A stretch of DNA of 64,000 nt from Candidatus Methylomirabilia bacterium (GCA_046758965.1 JBHIBG010000004.1:1-64000); one strand, 5' to 3'; positions 35,047-45,721 are shown, numbered from the stretch's first letter. Notes: generated by a model not told the origin, from the sequence alone. A program made the numbers and translations.

Positions 35047-35561
35047 TCCCCCTCCCGGAACCTGACCACGGTAAACCGGTAGAGCCTCAGAGGCTCTGTG
35101 GGGCTGATGTCGGCCTTCGCCCGCGCAATGCGTATCTGCTCGTGCGGGGAGGTGATCCCCTCAATGGCCGGTAGCAGGACGCCCCGCCGCTCCCCACTCT
35201 CCACCACCACGCCATACCGAGCCGGGTCGAGCTCCTCTTCCCCCGTCACCGGACTGAGCGGACCAACGAGGTCAACCTCGTAGCTGAGAGCATCGAGTTC
35301 GGCGGGGGTGACCGGAGGAAATCGCCGGTCGCTCACGGCTGCCGCGATGGCGTTAGCGATGAGCTCATCCGCGAGGGTGGGTTTCGTGGCCGCCAGGGTG
35401 CCGATGCAACCGCGGAGCGCCTCACCCTTCCGGAGCGTCACAAACACGGCGCCGGGGTGGCTCAGGCTGGCCGGCAGGGTGGCAGGCGGAGCGATGAGCC
35501 CACCGGTCCGGACGTGGTGCTCCACGGCTTGACGAGCCAGGCTCAAGGCGTGCGTTTTCAT
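35043..35561 (-). CDS. amrA: AMMECR1-domain protein (AmmeMemoRadiSam protein A)
   Basis: VFVTL...LRGCIGT, DRRFPPV, YGVVV..G.RRGVLLP. Confidence 0.88.
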   Translation of the reverse strand: MKTHALSLARQAVEHHVRTGGLIAPPATLPASLSHPGAVFVTLRKGEALRGCIGTLAATKPTLADELIANAIAAAVSDRRFPPVTPAELDALSYEVDLVGPLSPVTGEEELDPARYGVVVESGERRGVLLPAIEGITSPHEQIRIARAKADISPTEPLRLYRFTVVRFREGE

Positions 35562-35617
35562 GAAGCTCCCTCCGGGCCCTAGCCCCTATCTTGATCGGGA
35601 GCTCTCCCGCTTGCAAG

Positions 35618-35646
35618 TTGACATCCACCGGGCCGGGCTCGACAAT
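35618..35646 (+). promoter_or_regulatory. sigma70 promoter, probably leaderless transcript
   Basis: TTGACA-17 nt-GACAAT, 8 nt before ATG 35655. Confidence 0.6.
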
Positions 35647-35654
35647 GAACTGCA

Positions 35655-36740
35655 ATGCCAAACACATTGCCCCTTCACGAGCTCCACCTGGCCTCCGGCG
35701 CTCTCATGGAGGAGGTGTGCGGCTGGCTCCTGCCGACCCAGTACGGCGACCCGGTGAGGGAGCACCGAGCCGTCCGCGAGGCTGCCGGGCTCGTCGATCG
35801 ATCCTTGGTCGGGAAGGTTGAGGTCACCGGGCGTGATCGGGTGAGCTTCCTGCAGGGGATGCTCACGAATGACCTGAAGGCCCTCGCTCCCGGGCAGGGC
35901 TGCCCGGCGGCGTTCCTCGACGCTCATGGCAAGGTCCAGGCGCTGCTCACCGTGTTCATGCTCGAGGACCGCCTGCTCCTGGAGCTGCCGCCAGGAATGA
36001 CCGAGAAGACCCTTCAGGCCTTGGACAAGTTCCTGATCTCGGAGAGGGTGGTGTTCGCCGACGTCACCGAGGCCTTTGCGCTCCTCGGCCTTCACGGGCC
36101 GGCGGCCGCGTCGATTCTCGCCGGAATGACGGGCTCTCAGGCCGAGCTGGAGCCCTTCCAGCATGTGGAGCGGTCGCTAGGCGAGGCTCCTGTCCGGCTC
36201 TGCCGGGTCGATGAGCTAGGCGTGCCGGGGTTTCACCTGTGGATCCCTGGCCAGCACGGCGCCGACCTCTGGCGTCAGCTCCTGGACGTGGGCCGTCCCT
36301 ACGGGGTCGTCCCGGTTGGCGGTAGCGCGGTGACGGTCCTCCGGGTGGAGGCTGGAATCCCGTGGTTCGGCCACGATGTCGACGAGGGCACGCTCCTCAT
36401 GGAGGCGCCGTTGGAGCACCTGGTGCACTACAGCAAGGGGTGCTACATCGGTCAGGAAGTCGTGGCCCGGATCAAGTACCGGGGCCACGTCAATCGCTTC
36501 CTGACCGGCCTCGCCCTGGAAGGCGCCCGGCTGCCCGCCAGCGGGGCCGTTGTTGTCGCCGGCGAGCGAGAGGTGGGGCGGATCACCAGCTCGGTTCACT
36601 CCCTGGCCCTCAACCGGCCGATTGCCCTGGCGCTGCTGCGCCGGGAGCAGCAGAACCCCGGCACGACAGTGACGGTGAAGGATCACGATCAGATCATCCC
36701 TGCTCGGGTGACAGCGCTTCCCTTCGTTGGTCCTGCATGA
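35655..36740 (+). CDS. ygfZ: YgfZ/GcvT folate-binding protein
   Basis: [12 protein letters not shown] signature, [20 protein letters not shown]. Confidence 0.88.
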   Translation: MPNTLPLHELHLASGALMEEVCGWLLPTQYGDPVREHRAVREAAGLVDRSLVGKVEVTGRDRVSFLQGMLTNDLKALAPGQGCPAAFLDAHGKVQALLTVFMLEDRLLLELPPGMTEKTLQALDKFLISERVVFADVTEAFALLGLHGPAAASILAGMTGSQAELEPFQHVERSLGEAPVRLCRVDELGVPGFHLWIPGQHGADLWRQLLDVGRPYGVVPVGGSAVTVLRVEAGIPWFGHDVDEGTLLMEAPLEHLVHYSKGCYIGQEVVARIKYRGHVNRFLTGLALEGARLPASGAVVVAGEREVGRITSSVHSLALNRPIALALLRREQQNPGTTVTVKDHDQIIPARVTALPFVGPA

Positions 36741-38803
36741 GCGTCCCGCATACGAACCGTCTGGTCAGAGAGACCAGCCCGTATCTGCTCCAACATGCCC
36801 ACAATCCGGTTGAGTGGTACCCCTGGGGGCCGGAGGCATTCGCGAAAGCGAAAAGCGAGGACAAGCCCATGCTGCTCTCGGTGGGGTACTCGGCCTGCCA
36901 CTGGTGCCACGTCATGGAACGGGAGTCGTTCGAGAATCCTGAGATCGCCCGCCTGATGAACGAGCTGTTCGTCAGCATCAAAGTGGACAGGGAGGAGCGT
37001 CCCGACGTGGACCAGATCTACATGCAGGCGGTCCAGGCGATGACCGGCCACGGCGGTTGGCCGATGACCGTCTTCCTGGCGCCCGACGGGACGCCGTTCT
37101 ACGGCGGGACCTACTTCCCCAGTGAGGACCGCCATGGCCTTCCCGGGTTTCCCCGCGTGCTCCAGGCGGTGGCCGAGGCGTACCGGAGCAAGAAGGGCGA
37201 GGTGGTGGCCTCCGGCCATCAGCTCGTGGAGCAGATGCGGCAGGGGGAACGGCTCCGAGTCTCGCACAGCCTGCTGACCGATGAGATCCTCTTCTCGGCC
37301 TTTCAGGGGCTCTCAGGGGAGTTCGACGACCGTAATGGCAGTCTCGGGCGTGCCCCCAAGTTCCCCCAGCCGATGATCTGGGAGTTCATCCTCCGCTTCT
37401 GGAAGCGTACCGGGAACTCGCGAGCGCTCCAAATGCTCACGCTCACCCTGGACCGCATGGCGCGAGGCGGAATCTACGACCAGATCGGGGGCGGCTTTCA
37501 CCGCTACTCGGTGGACGTCGCCTGGCTGGTCCCCCACTTTGAGAAGATGCTCTATGATAACGGCCAGCTTGCCCGCCTCTACCTTCACGCCTGGCTTGCC
37601 ACAGGGCAGGCAGAGTACCGGCGAGTTGCCGGAGAGACCCTGGACTACGTCCGGCGTGAGATGACCCACCCGGAGGGAGGTTTCTATTCGGCTCAGGACG
37701 CCGACTCCGAGGGGGAGGAGGGAAAGTTCTTCCTCTGGAGCCCGGGAGAGATCCGGGAGATCCTCGGCGGCGGCGAGGAGTGCCGCGTCGCCTCTTCGTA
37801 CTGGGGGCTCGACGATGGCCCCAACTTCGAAGGGCGGAACATCCTCTTCGTCCCGAGGGGGCCTGCGGCGGCTGCCCAGGCTCTCGGGATAGGCGAGGAA
37901 GAGCTTGATGCGCTCATCGCCCGGGCCCGCACCCGGCTCTACGAGGGACGCGCGCGTCGCGTCCGCCCGGGGAGGGATGACAAGATCCTGACGGCCTGGA
38001 ACGGTCTCGCCTGCCGGGCGTTCGCGGAAGCAGGCCGCGCCCTGAGCCGCCCCGACTACACCGCCACCGCAGTCAGGAATGCGGAGTTCCTGCTCTCTGC
38101 CGCTCGAAGGGATGGACGCCTGCTCCGAAGCTGGAAGGACGGGAGGGCAAAGCTCCTCGGCTACCTGGAGGACTACTCCATGCTGGCCGATGCCCTCCTT
38201 GCCGTGTATGAGGCCACATTCGACCGACGGTGGGTGAATGAAGCGCGGGCTCTTGCTGACGAGATGCTCCGGCTGTTCTGGGATCCGGAGCGGGAGATGT
38301 TTTACGATACCGGAAAAGACCACGAGGCCTTGGTGGTTCGGCCCCGCAACCTGTTTGACAATGCGGTGCCGTGCGGCAGCTCAGTGGCCGTTCAAGTGCT
38401 CTTCCACTTGGCGATTCTCACCGGGGAGGAGGCATACGGGCGCCTGGGCCTCCGGGCCCTCCGGCCTCTGTCAGACCTGATGAGCCGGCACCCTTCCGGA
38501 TTTGGCCGTTGGCTCGCTGCCCTGGATTTTCACCTTGGCCCCGTGGCGGAAGTGGCGTTGGTCTGGCGGCAGGGCGAGGCTGGCCTGGACGCACTGCTCG
38601 GGCAGGTCTTTGGCCGCTATCGTCCCAACCGCGTTGTGGCGGGAACTCTCGAGGGGACCGGCACGGCGGAGGGGCTGCCGCTCCTCGAATCCCGCGGGGC
38701 GGTGGGGGAAATGGCCACCGCCTATGTTTGCCACCGCTACGTCTGCCAGGCCCCGACTTCTGATCCGGAAGTGCTCGCCCGCCAACTCGCGGGTGAGGTA
38801 TAA
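36737..38803 (+). CDS. Thioredoxin-domain protein, YyaL/SSP411 family
   Basis: [52 protein letters not shown]. Confidence 0.95.
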   Translation: MSVPHTNRLVRETSPYLLQHAHNPVEWYPWGPEAFAKAKSEDKPMLLSVGYSACHWCHVMERESFENPEIARLMNELFVSIKVDREERPDVDQIYMQAVQAMTGHGGWPMTVFLAPDGTPFYGGTYFPSEDRHGLPGFPRVLQAVAEAYRSKKGEVVASGHQLVEQMRQGERLRVSHSLLTDEILFSAFQGLSGEFDDRNGSLGRAPKFPQPMIWEFILRFWKRTGNSRALQMLTLTLDRMARGGIYDQIGGGFHRYSVDVAWLVPHFEKMLYDNGQLARLYLHAWLATGQAEYRRVAGETLDYVRREMTHPEGGFYSAQDADSEGEEGKFFLWSPGEIREILGGGEECRVASSYWGLDDGPNFEGRNILFVPRGPAAAAQALGIGEEELDALIARARTRLYEGRARRVRPGRDDKILTAWNGLACRAFAEAGRALSRPDYTATAVRNAEFLLSAARRDGRLLRSWKDGRAKLLGYLEDYSMLADALLAVYEATFDRRWVNEARALADEMLRLFWDPEREMFYDTGKDHEALVVRPRNLFDNAVPCGSSVAVQVLFHLAILTGEEAYGRLGLRALRPLSDLMSRHPSGFGRWLAALDFHLGPVAEVALVWRQGEAGLDALLGQVFGRYRPNRVVAGTLEGTGTAEGLPLLESRGAVGEMATAYVCHRYVCQAPTSDPEVLARQLAGEV

Positions 38804-38810
38804 TCGGTGT

Positions 38811-38900
38811 GTCGTCGCGGGGGGAGGTTTCCTGAGAACCGGGTGCGGCCCGGGACCCCTCGAACCTGATCTGGATAATCCCAGCGAAGGGAACGCGGCG
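38811..38900 (+). ncRNA. TPP riboswitch (THI element)
   Basis: GGGG...CTGAGA...ACCC..GAACCTGATCTGGATAAT.CCAGCG.AGGGA upstream of thiS. Confidence 0.95.
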
Positions 38901-38920
38901 AAGTCAGGAGTTTTCCGGAG

Positions 38921-38945
38921 ACCGCACCCACCGGTGCGGTTTTTT
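38921..38945 (+). terminator. Riboswitch expression-platform terminator
   Basis: ACCGCACC-cacc-GGTGCGGT followed by TTTTT. Confidence 0.88.
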
Positions 38946-38969
38946 ATTGCGCGTATCGGAGAGGAAGCC

Positions 38970-39170
38970 GTGAAGATTACGGTCAATGGAGATCCTCTCG
39001 AGGTGGCCGAGGGGATCACTCTGGAGGCGCTCCTGAGCCAGCTTAAGGTCCGGCGTGACTACACGGCCGTGGCCCTGAACCGGGAGGTCACGCCGAAGCG
39101 CTTGTACGGAGAGACCAAGCTCCGGGAAGGGGACCGGGTGGAGATCGTCCACCCGATGCAAGGGGGATAA
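38970..39170 (+). CDS. thiS: Sulfur carrier ThiS
   Basis: ITVNG...AVALN...GDRVEIV..MQGG C-terminus. Confidence 0.95.
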   Translation: MKITVNGDPLEVAEGITLEALLSQLKVRRDYTAVALNREVTPKRLYGETKLREGDRVEIVHPMQGG

Positions 39171-39174
39171 GCCG

Positions 39175-39963
39175 ATGGATGATGCAGCGCTAGTCCTGGG
39201 GGAGAAGGAGTTCCAATCCCGACTGATCGTGGGGACCGGGAAGTACCCCTCCAACGAGATCATGCGCGAGGCCATCGAAGCCTCAGGTGCTGCGATCGTC
39301 ACCGTTGCTGTCAGGCGGATCAACCTGCCCGGGCAGGGTGAATCGCTCCTGGACCACCTGGATCTGTCACAGATCACGCTCCTTCCGAACACCGCTGGCT
39401 GCTACACGGCCGATGAGGCCGTACGCACCGCCTATCTGGCGCGGGAAGCCGGGCTGGGCGACATGGTCAAGCTGGAGGTCATCGGCGATTCCCGGACGCT
39501 TTTTCCCGACGTCCAGGGGCTCGTTGAGGCTACCAAGATCCTGGCGCGCGAGGGGTTCACCGTGCTCCCTTACACCAACGATGATCCGGTGGTGGCAAGG
39601 AAGCTCGAGGACTGCGGGGCCGCCGCGGTGATGCCCCTGGGAGCGCCGATCGGCTCCGGACTTGGCATCCGCAACCCGTACAACATCAAGATCCTCCTGG
39701 AGGCTGTCACGGTCCCGGTGATCGTGGACGCCGGTGTGGGAACGGCCTCAGATGCGGCGATCGCTATGGAGCTTGGCTCAGAGGGCGTGCTCATGAACAC
39801 CGCCATCGCCGGAGCCCAGGATCCGGTGGCGATGGCCCGCGCCATGAGGCTGGCTGTGGAGGCGGGGCGTTTGGCGTTCAAGGCTGGGCGGATCGCCAAG
39901 AAGCTTTACGCCACGGCCTCCTCGCCGCTCGAGGGCGTCCCGGAGTGGGGGCCGACCTCGTGA
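39175..39963 (+). CDS. thiG: Thiazole synthase
   Basis: [42 protein letters not shown]. Confidence 0.97.
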   Translation: MDDAALVLGEKEFQSRLIVGTGKYPSNEIMREAIEASGAAIVTVAVRRINLPGQGESLLDHLDLSQITLLPNTAGCYTADEAVRTAYLAREAGLGDMVKLEVIGDSRTLFPDVQGLVEATKILAREGFTVLPYTNDDPVVARKLEDCGAAAVMPLGAPIGSGLGIRNPYNIKILLEAVTVPVIVDAGVGTASDAAIAMELGSEGVLMNTAIAGAQDPVAMARAMRLAVEAGRLAFKAGRIAKKLYATASSPLEGVPEWGPTS

Positions 39964-39998
39964 GGATGCTTGGCTCCGAGGGACGCCCGGGGTAAAGG

Positions 39999-40646
39999 AT
40001 GGCGGGAGCTTCGTCCCCCGCCCCGGTTGATTTCCGGCTGTACCTCGTGACGAGCCGGCACCAGGGCCGAGGCCGGTCCCTCGAAGAGAGTGTCGGGGAG
40101 TGTCTGGAAGCCGGGCTCAGAGCTGTCCAGCTCAGGGAGAAGGACCTTCCAGCCATTGAGCTTCTCGCCCTGGCCCGGCCGCTCAGGGCACTGACCCGAG
40201 ACGCTGGAGCCCGGCTTTTCATCAACGACCGGCTGGATGTGGCTCTGACGGTTGGGGCTGACGGCATGCAGCGGGGGCACACCTCGCTCCCCGTGTCAGC
40301 CATCCGGTTCGTCGCAGGAGACCGACTCCTGATTGGGGCCTCAGTCCATAGCCTTGCCGAAGCTCAAGCTTCCGAGCGCGAGGGGGCCGACTTCATCCTG
40401 TTCGGGCCTGTGTACGAGACTACCTCCAAGCGCCAGTTCGGGCCGCCCCAGGGCCTCGACGCACTCGGCCAGACAGTCCAGGCTGTCAGGCTCCCGGTCT
40501 TCGCGATCGGGGGTATCACTCCCGAGCGGGTCAGAGCGATCGCCTTGACAGGGGCCCACGGCGTGGCCGTGATCTCGGCCATCCTGGACGCCGAGCAACC
40601 GGCTAGGGCAACCAAGGCCTTCATCGATGCGTTAGGGAGCGCGTGA
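39999..40646 (+). CDS. thiE: Thiamine-phosphate synthase
   Basis: LYLVT, VQLREK, INDRLD, GASVH, GPVYETTSK, AIGGI. Confidence 0.9.
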   Translation: MAGASSPAPVDFRLYLVTSRHQGRGRSLEESVGECLEAGLRAVQLREKDLPAIELLALARPLRALTRDAGARLFINDRLDVALTVGADGMQRGHTSLPVSAIRFVAGDRLLIGASVHSLAEAQASEREGADFILFGPVYETTSKRQFGPPQGLDALGQTVQAVRLPVFAIGGITPERVRAIALTGAHGVAVISAILDAEQPARATKAFIDALGSA

Positions 40647-41809
40647 TGCCGAAGCGCCCTGATCTCCTGATCGTCGGCGGGGGCGTGGTCGGGTGCGCTG
40701 CGGCGTACGAACTGGCCAAGGCTGGCCTCGCCGTCGCCGTGGTGGAGCGTGGGGTTCCCGGGTGTGAGGCCTCCAGCGCCGCAGCGGGAATGCTCAGTCC
40801 GCAATCCGCAGTTTCAGCTCCTAACCCCATGCTCAACCTGGGGCTCGCCAGCCACGCGCTCTGGGGTGATCTCGCAAGCGAACTCCGCGAGCGAACCGGA
40901 GTGGACGTCGAGTACCGGACCGGAGGTAGCCTCCACTGCTTCCTCGACGAAGGGGACGAGGCTGTGGGGCGCGCCACCTTTGGTTGGCAGCACGCGGCTG
41001 GTCTCAGGGCTGAGATGCTGTCCAGGGAGGACGTCCTGGCGCTCGAGCCCAGCCTCTCCCGCGAACTCCGGGGGGCGCTCTTGCTGCCTGAGGACCACTG
41101 GCTGAACAACCCCAGGCTCGTGGCCGCTCTAGCTCAAGCCGCATCGTTCGAGGGGGTCGAGTTTATCCGGGCCGAAGTCTCGGCCCTTCTCAGGCGCGGC
41201 GACCGGGTCGTGGGCGTCTCGGCCGGCGGCTCAGAACTTTCGGCAGGGGGGGTGCTTTTGGCAGCCGGGGCGTGGAGCGGCCAGCTGGCGGCGAGCGCAG
41301 GCCTGACCATTCCGGTCCATCCGGTTCGGGGCCAGCTTCTCTGCCTCGAGACGACGCCCCGTCGGCTCCATCACGTGCTTCACCTCAAGGATCACTACGC
41401 TGTCCCACGGGTGAGCGGCGAGCTCCTCGTGGGCTCCTCGATGGAATGGGTCGGGTTTGTCAAGCAGGTGACCGGAGAGCAGCTCCGGGCCTTCCTCGAC
41501 ACCGCGATTCGCCTCGTGCCGGCGCTCGGCCCGCTCCCCCTCAAGGCCAGCTGGGCAGGCTTCCGCCCCTGGGCTCCAGATGAGCGGCCCGTGATCGGCC
41601 CCTGGGCGGGGTTGGAGGGCCTGTTCGTGGCCACCGCTCACTTCAGGAACGGGATCCTCCTCGCTCCCGTTACGGCCCGCCTGATCAAAGAGCTGATTGT
41701 GGACGGCAAGGCTTCCAGCGACCTCACGCCTTTTCTCCCAGATCGGTTCGTGCGGGAGCCGCCCCGAGTTTCACCTCCCTCGCGAGCTGGACGGGGTGGG
41801 CCGCCGTGA
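40643..41809 (+). CDS. thiO: Glycine oxidase
   Basis: IVGGGVVG, ASSAAAGML, PVRGQ, WAGFRP, HFRNGILLAP. Confidence 0.92.
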   Translation: MMPKRPDLLIVGGGVVGCAAAYELAKAGLAVAVVERGVPGCEASSAAAGMLSPQSAVSAPNPMLNLGLASHALWGDLASELRERTGVDVEYRTGGSLHCFLDEGDEAVGRATFGWQHAAGLRAEMLSREDVLALEPSLSRELRGALLLPEDHWLNNPRLVAALAQAASFEGVEFIRAEVSALLRRGDRVVGVSAGGSELSAGGVLLAAGAWSGQLAASAGLTIPVHPVRGQLLCLETTPRRLHHVLHLKDHYAVPRVSGELLVGSSMEWVGFVKQVTGEQLRAFLDTAIRLVPALGPLPLKASWAGFRPWAPDERPVIGPWAGLEGLFVATAHFRNGILLAPVTARLIKELIVDGKASSDLTPFLPDRFVREPPRVSPPSRAGRGGPP

Positions 41810-41830
41810 GCCGAGGGCGCTGAGCGCGTC

Positions 41831-42634
41831 ATGTACGGGAACCCGGGGGTAGAGTTCCCGCGCCGCATCGTCTGCCTCACGGCCGAGACGGCCGAGATCG
41901 TCTTCGCCCTCGGCGCTGGAGACCGGGTCGTCGGGGTCTCTGGGGCTACCGTCCGACCGCCCGAGGCCAGGCAGAAGCCCAAGGTGGGCGGGTTCACGAG
42001 CTTCAGGCTCGACAAGATCCTCGTGCTCAAGCCTGACGTGGTCCTGGCCTTCTCTGACCTCCAGCAGGATGTCGTGAAGGACCTCGTCGGGGCGGGAGTT
42101 CCGATCTTTGCCACCAACCAGCGCTCGTTCGAGGAGATCCTCGGGACCATCCTGATGGTCGGCGGGCTCATCGGCCGCGAGCCCGAGGCTAGGGCTCTGG
42201 TTCAGGACATGCGGGATGAGGTGAGGCAGGTCCGGGAGTTCTCCAGTGTCTGGCCGGACCGTCCGCGGGTCTATTTCGAGGAGTGGCATGACCCGTTGAT
42301 CGCGGGAATTCGATGGGTCTCAGAGCTGATCGAGCTGGCGGGTGGTCGAGATATCTTTCCCGAGCTGAGAGGCGAACCGAACGCATCGGGGAGGGTCGTG
42401 GACCCCGCTGAGGTGGCGCGCCGGGATCCGCAGATTATCGTAGCCTCCTGGTGCGGAAAGAAGGTGGTCCCGGAAGTGATCCGCTCCCGCCCGGGCTGGG
42501 AGTGCGTGACCGCGATCCGCGAGCGGAGGATCTACCCCCTTGACAGCTCCGACGTTCTCTCCCCTGGTCCTTCGGTCATGGTGGGCCTCCGCCGCCTCCA
42601 CGAGATCATCCAGTCCTACGGGGAGACCACTTAA
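41831..42634 (+). CDS. BtuF-like cobalamin/iron-complex binding protein without signal peptide
   Basis: PRRIVCL, RPRVYFEEW.DP, WVSELIELAGG, SWCGKK. Confidence 0.85.
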   Translation: MYGNPGVEFPRRIVCLTAETAEIVFALGAGDRVVGVSGATVRPPEARQKPKVGGFTSFRLDKILVLKPDVVLAFSDLQQDVVKDLVGAGVPIFATNQRSFEEILGTILMVGGLIGREPEARALVQDMRDEVRQVREFSSVWPDRPRVYFEEWHDPLIAGIRWVSELIELAGGRDIFPELRGEPNASGRVVDPAEVARRDPQIIVASWCGKKVVPEVIRSRPGWECVTAIRERRIYPLDSSDVLSPGPSVMVGLRRLHEIIQSYGETT

Positions 42635-42777
42635 CATTGAATCTTAGAATAAGACGCTAAACCACTTGAAAAGATTACGTAACGCTTTCCAGTTACCTAC
42701 GAGGAAAAAACTGATAGCATCGCGGGGCTGCATGGTAGGATGAAAACTCCTTGCCACGTATTTCCATGGAGAGGTCT

Positions 42778-44223
42778 GTGACAGCCGGACTGGTGCGCCC
42801 CGAGCGGCTCTTCGCTGATCGGTTCGGCCTCAGCTCCGCCCGCCTTGAACGGCTCCTAGGCTCGGCGCTGAAAGGCCGGGTCGAGGATGCCGACCTCTAT
42901 CTCGAATACCGGATCGACGAAGAGCTGGTCATGGAGGAGGGGGGGGTCAAGAAAGCCTCCCGCCACGTCAGCCAGGGAGCCGGGGTGCATGCCCAGGCCG
43001 GCGAGCGGACGGGGTACGCCCATACCGATGCGCTCACGCTGCCGAACCTGGAAGAGGCGGCGCGTCAGGCGCAAGCGATTGCTGACGAGTCGGGCACCTC
43101 GGCCATCGTTCGGGTCAAGCCTGGCCGGCGGCCCCACGACCTTTACCGCGTAGAGCTCCCGCCCGTCGCTGCGCCCGTCTCGGCCAAGGTGGAGCTGCTC
43201 ATGCGCATTGACCAGGCCGCGAGGGCAGCGGACTCGCGGGTGCGCCAGGTCATCGTCAATCTCTGGAGCGAGGAGCAGGTCACGCTGATCGTGCAGGCCT
43301 CGGGGTGGACGGTGGGGGACGTGCGGCCGCTGACCCGTCTCTCCGTTACCGTTATCGCCGAAGGGGCCGGCAAGCGCGAGATGGGGAGCTTCGGCGGCGG
43401 CGGGCGGGTTGCATTCGACTTCTTCCTGGAGGATGATCGCTGGCTCCGCTATGCGCGCGAGGCGGTTCGCCAGGCGCTTGTCAAGCTGTCCGCAGTTGAG
43501 GCGCCGGCCGGAACTCTGGCCGTGGTCCTCGGGGCTGGATGGCCTGGTATCCTTCTTCACGAGGCGGTGGGCCACGGGCTGGAGGGGGACTTCAACCGGA
43601 AGAAGGTCTCGGCGTTCTCGGGCCGGATGGGCGAGAGGGTGGCCTCGGAACTCGTGACCGTGGTGGACGACGGCACGCTGCCGAGCCGCCGCGGCTCTCT
43701 GAACGCGGATGACGAGGGGACGCCGACCAGACGGAATGTCCTGATCGAGAACGGAATCCTGGTGGGCTACATGCAGGATCGGCTCAACGCCCGCCTCATG
43801 GGTATGGCCCCGACGGGCAACGGCCGACGGGAGTCGTTTGCGTATCCGCCCATGCCACGGATGACAAACACCTTCATGCTCGCGGGCCAGGATGACCCCG
43901 AGGAGATCCTCCGCTCCGTCTCCTACGGCCTCTACGCGGTCAGCTTCGGGGGTGGGCAGGTGGACATCACGAACGGGAAGTTCGTCTTCTCCGCTAGCGA
44001 GGCCTACCTGATCGAAAATGGCCGCGTGACGACGCCTGTGAAAGGCGCCACGCTCATCGGCAATGGTCCCGAGGTGCTGACGCGGGTGTCGCGAGTCGGC
44101 TCGGACCTCAAGCTGGACGAGGGCGTGGGTACCTGCGGCAAGGACGGCCAGTCGGTGCCGGTCGGAGTCGGGCTTCCCACCATCCGCGTGGACGGCATCA
44201 CGGTGGGCGGCACCCGCCTGTGA
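42778..44223 (+). CDS. tldD: Metalloprotease TldD
   Basis: GILLHEAVGHGLEGDFNRK, GNGRRES, PRMTNT, CGKDGQSVPVGVG; GTG after GGAGAGG (alternative starts 42751/42766). Confidence 0.95.
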   Translation: MTAGLVRPERLFADRFGLSSARLERLLGSALKGRVEDADLYLEYRIDEELVMEEGGVKKASRHVSQGAGVHAQAGERTGYAHTDALTLPNLEEAARQAQAIADESGTSAIVRVKPGRRPHDLYRVELPPVAAPVSAKVELLMRIDQAARAADSRVRQVIVNLWSEEQVTLIVQASGWTVGDVRPLTRLSVTVIAEGAGKREMGSFGGGGRVAFDFFLEDDRWLRYAREAVRQALVKLSAVEAPAGTLAVVLGAGWPGILLHEAVGHGLEGDFNRKKVSAFSGRMGERVASELVTVVDDGTLPSRRGSLNADDEGTPTRRNVLIENGILVGYMQDRLNARLMGMAPTGNGRRESFAYPPMPRMTNTFMLAGQDDPEEILRSVSYGLYAVSFGGGQVDITNGKFVFSASEAYLIENGRVTTPVKGATLIGNGPEVLTRVSRVGSDLKLDEGVGTCGKDGQSVPVGVGLPTIRVDGITVGGTRL

Positions 44224-44246
44224 GCGCGTGACCTCACACATCTGAG

Positions 44247-45581
44247 ATGCTCGACCTGCTCCACGATCTGCTCAGGCAGGCGACGGCGAGGGGCGCCAGC
44301 GAGGCCGATGCCTTTCTGGTGGAGGAGCAATACGCCTCGATGCTGGTGCGGATGGGGCAGCCGGAAACCGTTACCCACGCTCGCGAGCAGCGGCTCGCCC
44401 TTCGGGTCTTGGTGGGGAAGGCTGCGGCCTCAGCCTCGACCTCTGATCTCTCCCGCGAGTCACTGGACGGACTGGTGGGCGAAGCCATCGGGCTTGCTCG
44501 GCTCGCGGCCGGCGACCCGCTGGCGGGACTGCCGGAAGCAGGGGAGCTGGCAACCTCGATTCCTGACCTGGACCTTCACGATCCCGAGGGTCACCGCCTT
44601 ACCCCCGAGCAGAAGATCGCCCTTGCCAAGCGGGGCGAGGACGCAGCGTTCGCTCTGGACCCCAGAATCATGAACTCGGAAGGGGCCGAGTTCCTCGACC
44701 GCCAGGCCACTTACTTCTACGCCAGCTCTCACGGCTTTGCCGGCTCCTACCGGACCTCGCGGTTCAGCCTCGCGGTCTCCCCGGTGGCGGTCCAGAACGG
44801 CGAAATGCAGCGGGAGTCCTGGTACACGATAGGCCGGATGCGCGCGCGGCTGGATCTTCCAGAGGAGGTCGGGCGGATCGCAGCCGAGCGGGCGATCCGG
44901 CGCCTCGGTGCCCGGAAAGTGAAGACCGTGGAGGTGCCGGTGATCTTCGATCCGCTGACCGCAGCCAGCTTGATCCGAACCCTCGCGGCCGCGGCCTCGG
45001 GGCCGGCCCTCTACCGTGGCACCTCGTTCCTCCTCGGCCGGCTGGGAAGTCGGATTGCCGCTCCAGAGGTCACCCTGGTTGATGACGGGACGCTTCCCGG
45101 GGCCGTGGGTTCTCGACCCTTCGACGGGGAGGGGTTGGCCATCCGTCGCACCATCCTTGTTCAGCAAGGCCTGCTCAACTCGTATCTTCTGGACACCTAT
45201 AGCGGCCGGAAGCTCGATCTCCCCTCTACCCACCACGCTGCTCGCGACGGCGCCGGCGTGAGCGTGGCTACGACGAACCTCTACCTGGCCGCCGGATCGG
45301 CGTCTCCTGCTGACCTGATTGCCTCGATCAAGCAGGGGCTCTATGTCACCGAGTTGATCGGCTTCGGGGTGAACATGGTGACCGGCGACTACTCTCGGGG
45401 TGCCGTCGGGCTGTGGATCGAGAACGGCCAGCTCGCCCACCCCGTAGAAGAGGTGACGGTGGCAGGGAACCTCCTCGAGATGTTCCAGGCCATTGACGGG
45501 GTGGGGAACGACCTGGTCCTGCGGGACCGTACCGCTTCGCCGACCCTTCGTGTGGGCCGCATGGTGGTCGCCGGCGACTAG
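44247..45581 (+). CDS. pmbA: TldE/PmbA
   Basis: SRPFDGEG, GVNMVTGDYSRG, EVTVAGNL; follows tldD. Confidence 0.93.
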   Translation: MLDLLHDLLRQATARGASEADAFLVEEQYASMLVRMGQPETVTHAREQRLALRVLVGKAAASASTSDLSRESLDGLVGEAIGLARLAAGDPLAGLPEAGELATSIPDLDLHDPEGHRLTPEQKIALAKRGEDAAFALDPRIMNSEGAEFLDRQATYFYASSHGFAGSYRTSRFSLAVSPVAVQNGEMQRESWYTIGRMRARLDLPEEVGRIAAERAIRRLGARKVKTVEVPVIFDPLTAASLIRTLAAAASGPALYRGTSFLLGRLGSRIAAPEVTLVDDGTLPGAVGSRPFDGEGLAIRRTILVQQGLLNSYLLDTYSGRKLDLPSTHHAARDGAGVSVATTNLYLAAGSASPADLIASIKQGLYVTELIGFGVNMVTGDYSRGAVGLWIENGQLAHPVEEVTVAGNLLEMFQAIDGVGNDLVLRDRTASPTLRVGRMVVAGD

Positions 45582-45721
45582 CCGGGCTCGGACGAATTCC
45601 TATACGTTTCCAGAAGGGTATGGCGGATGATTGATGCCGGACGAGATACTGGGCATGACGAGGAGCACGAGAGGAGGCCAGGCACGGTGAGTCGGAACGG
45701 CGCTACGCATCAGGGCTCACG

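Noticed and set aside
42628..42660. Possible dif (Xer) site
   Set aside because: Only a partial XerD-arm match and no XerC arm at the right spacing
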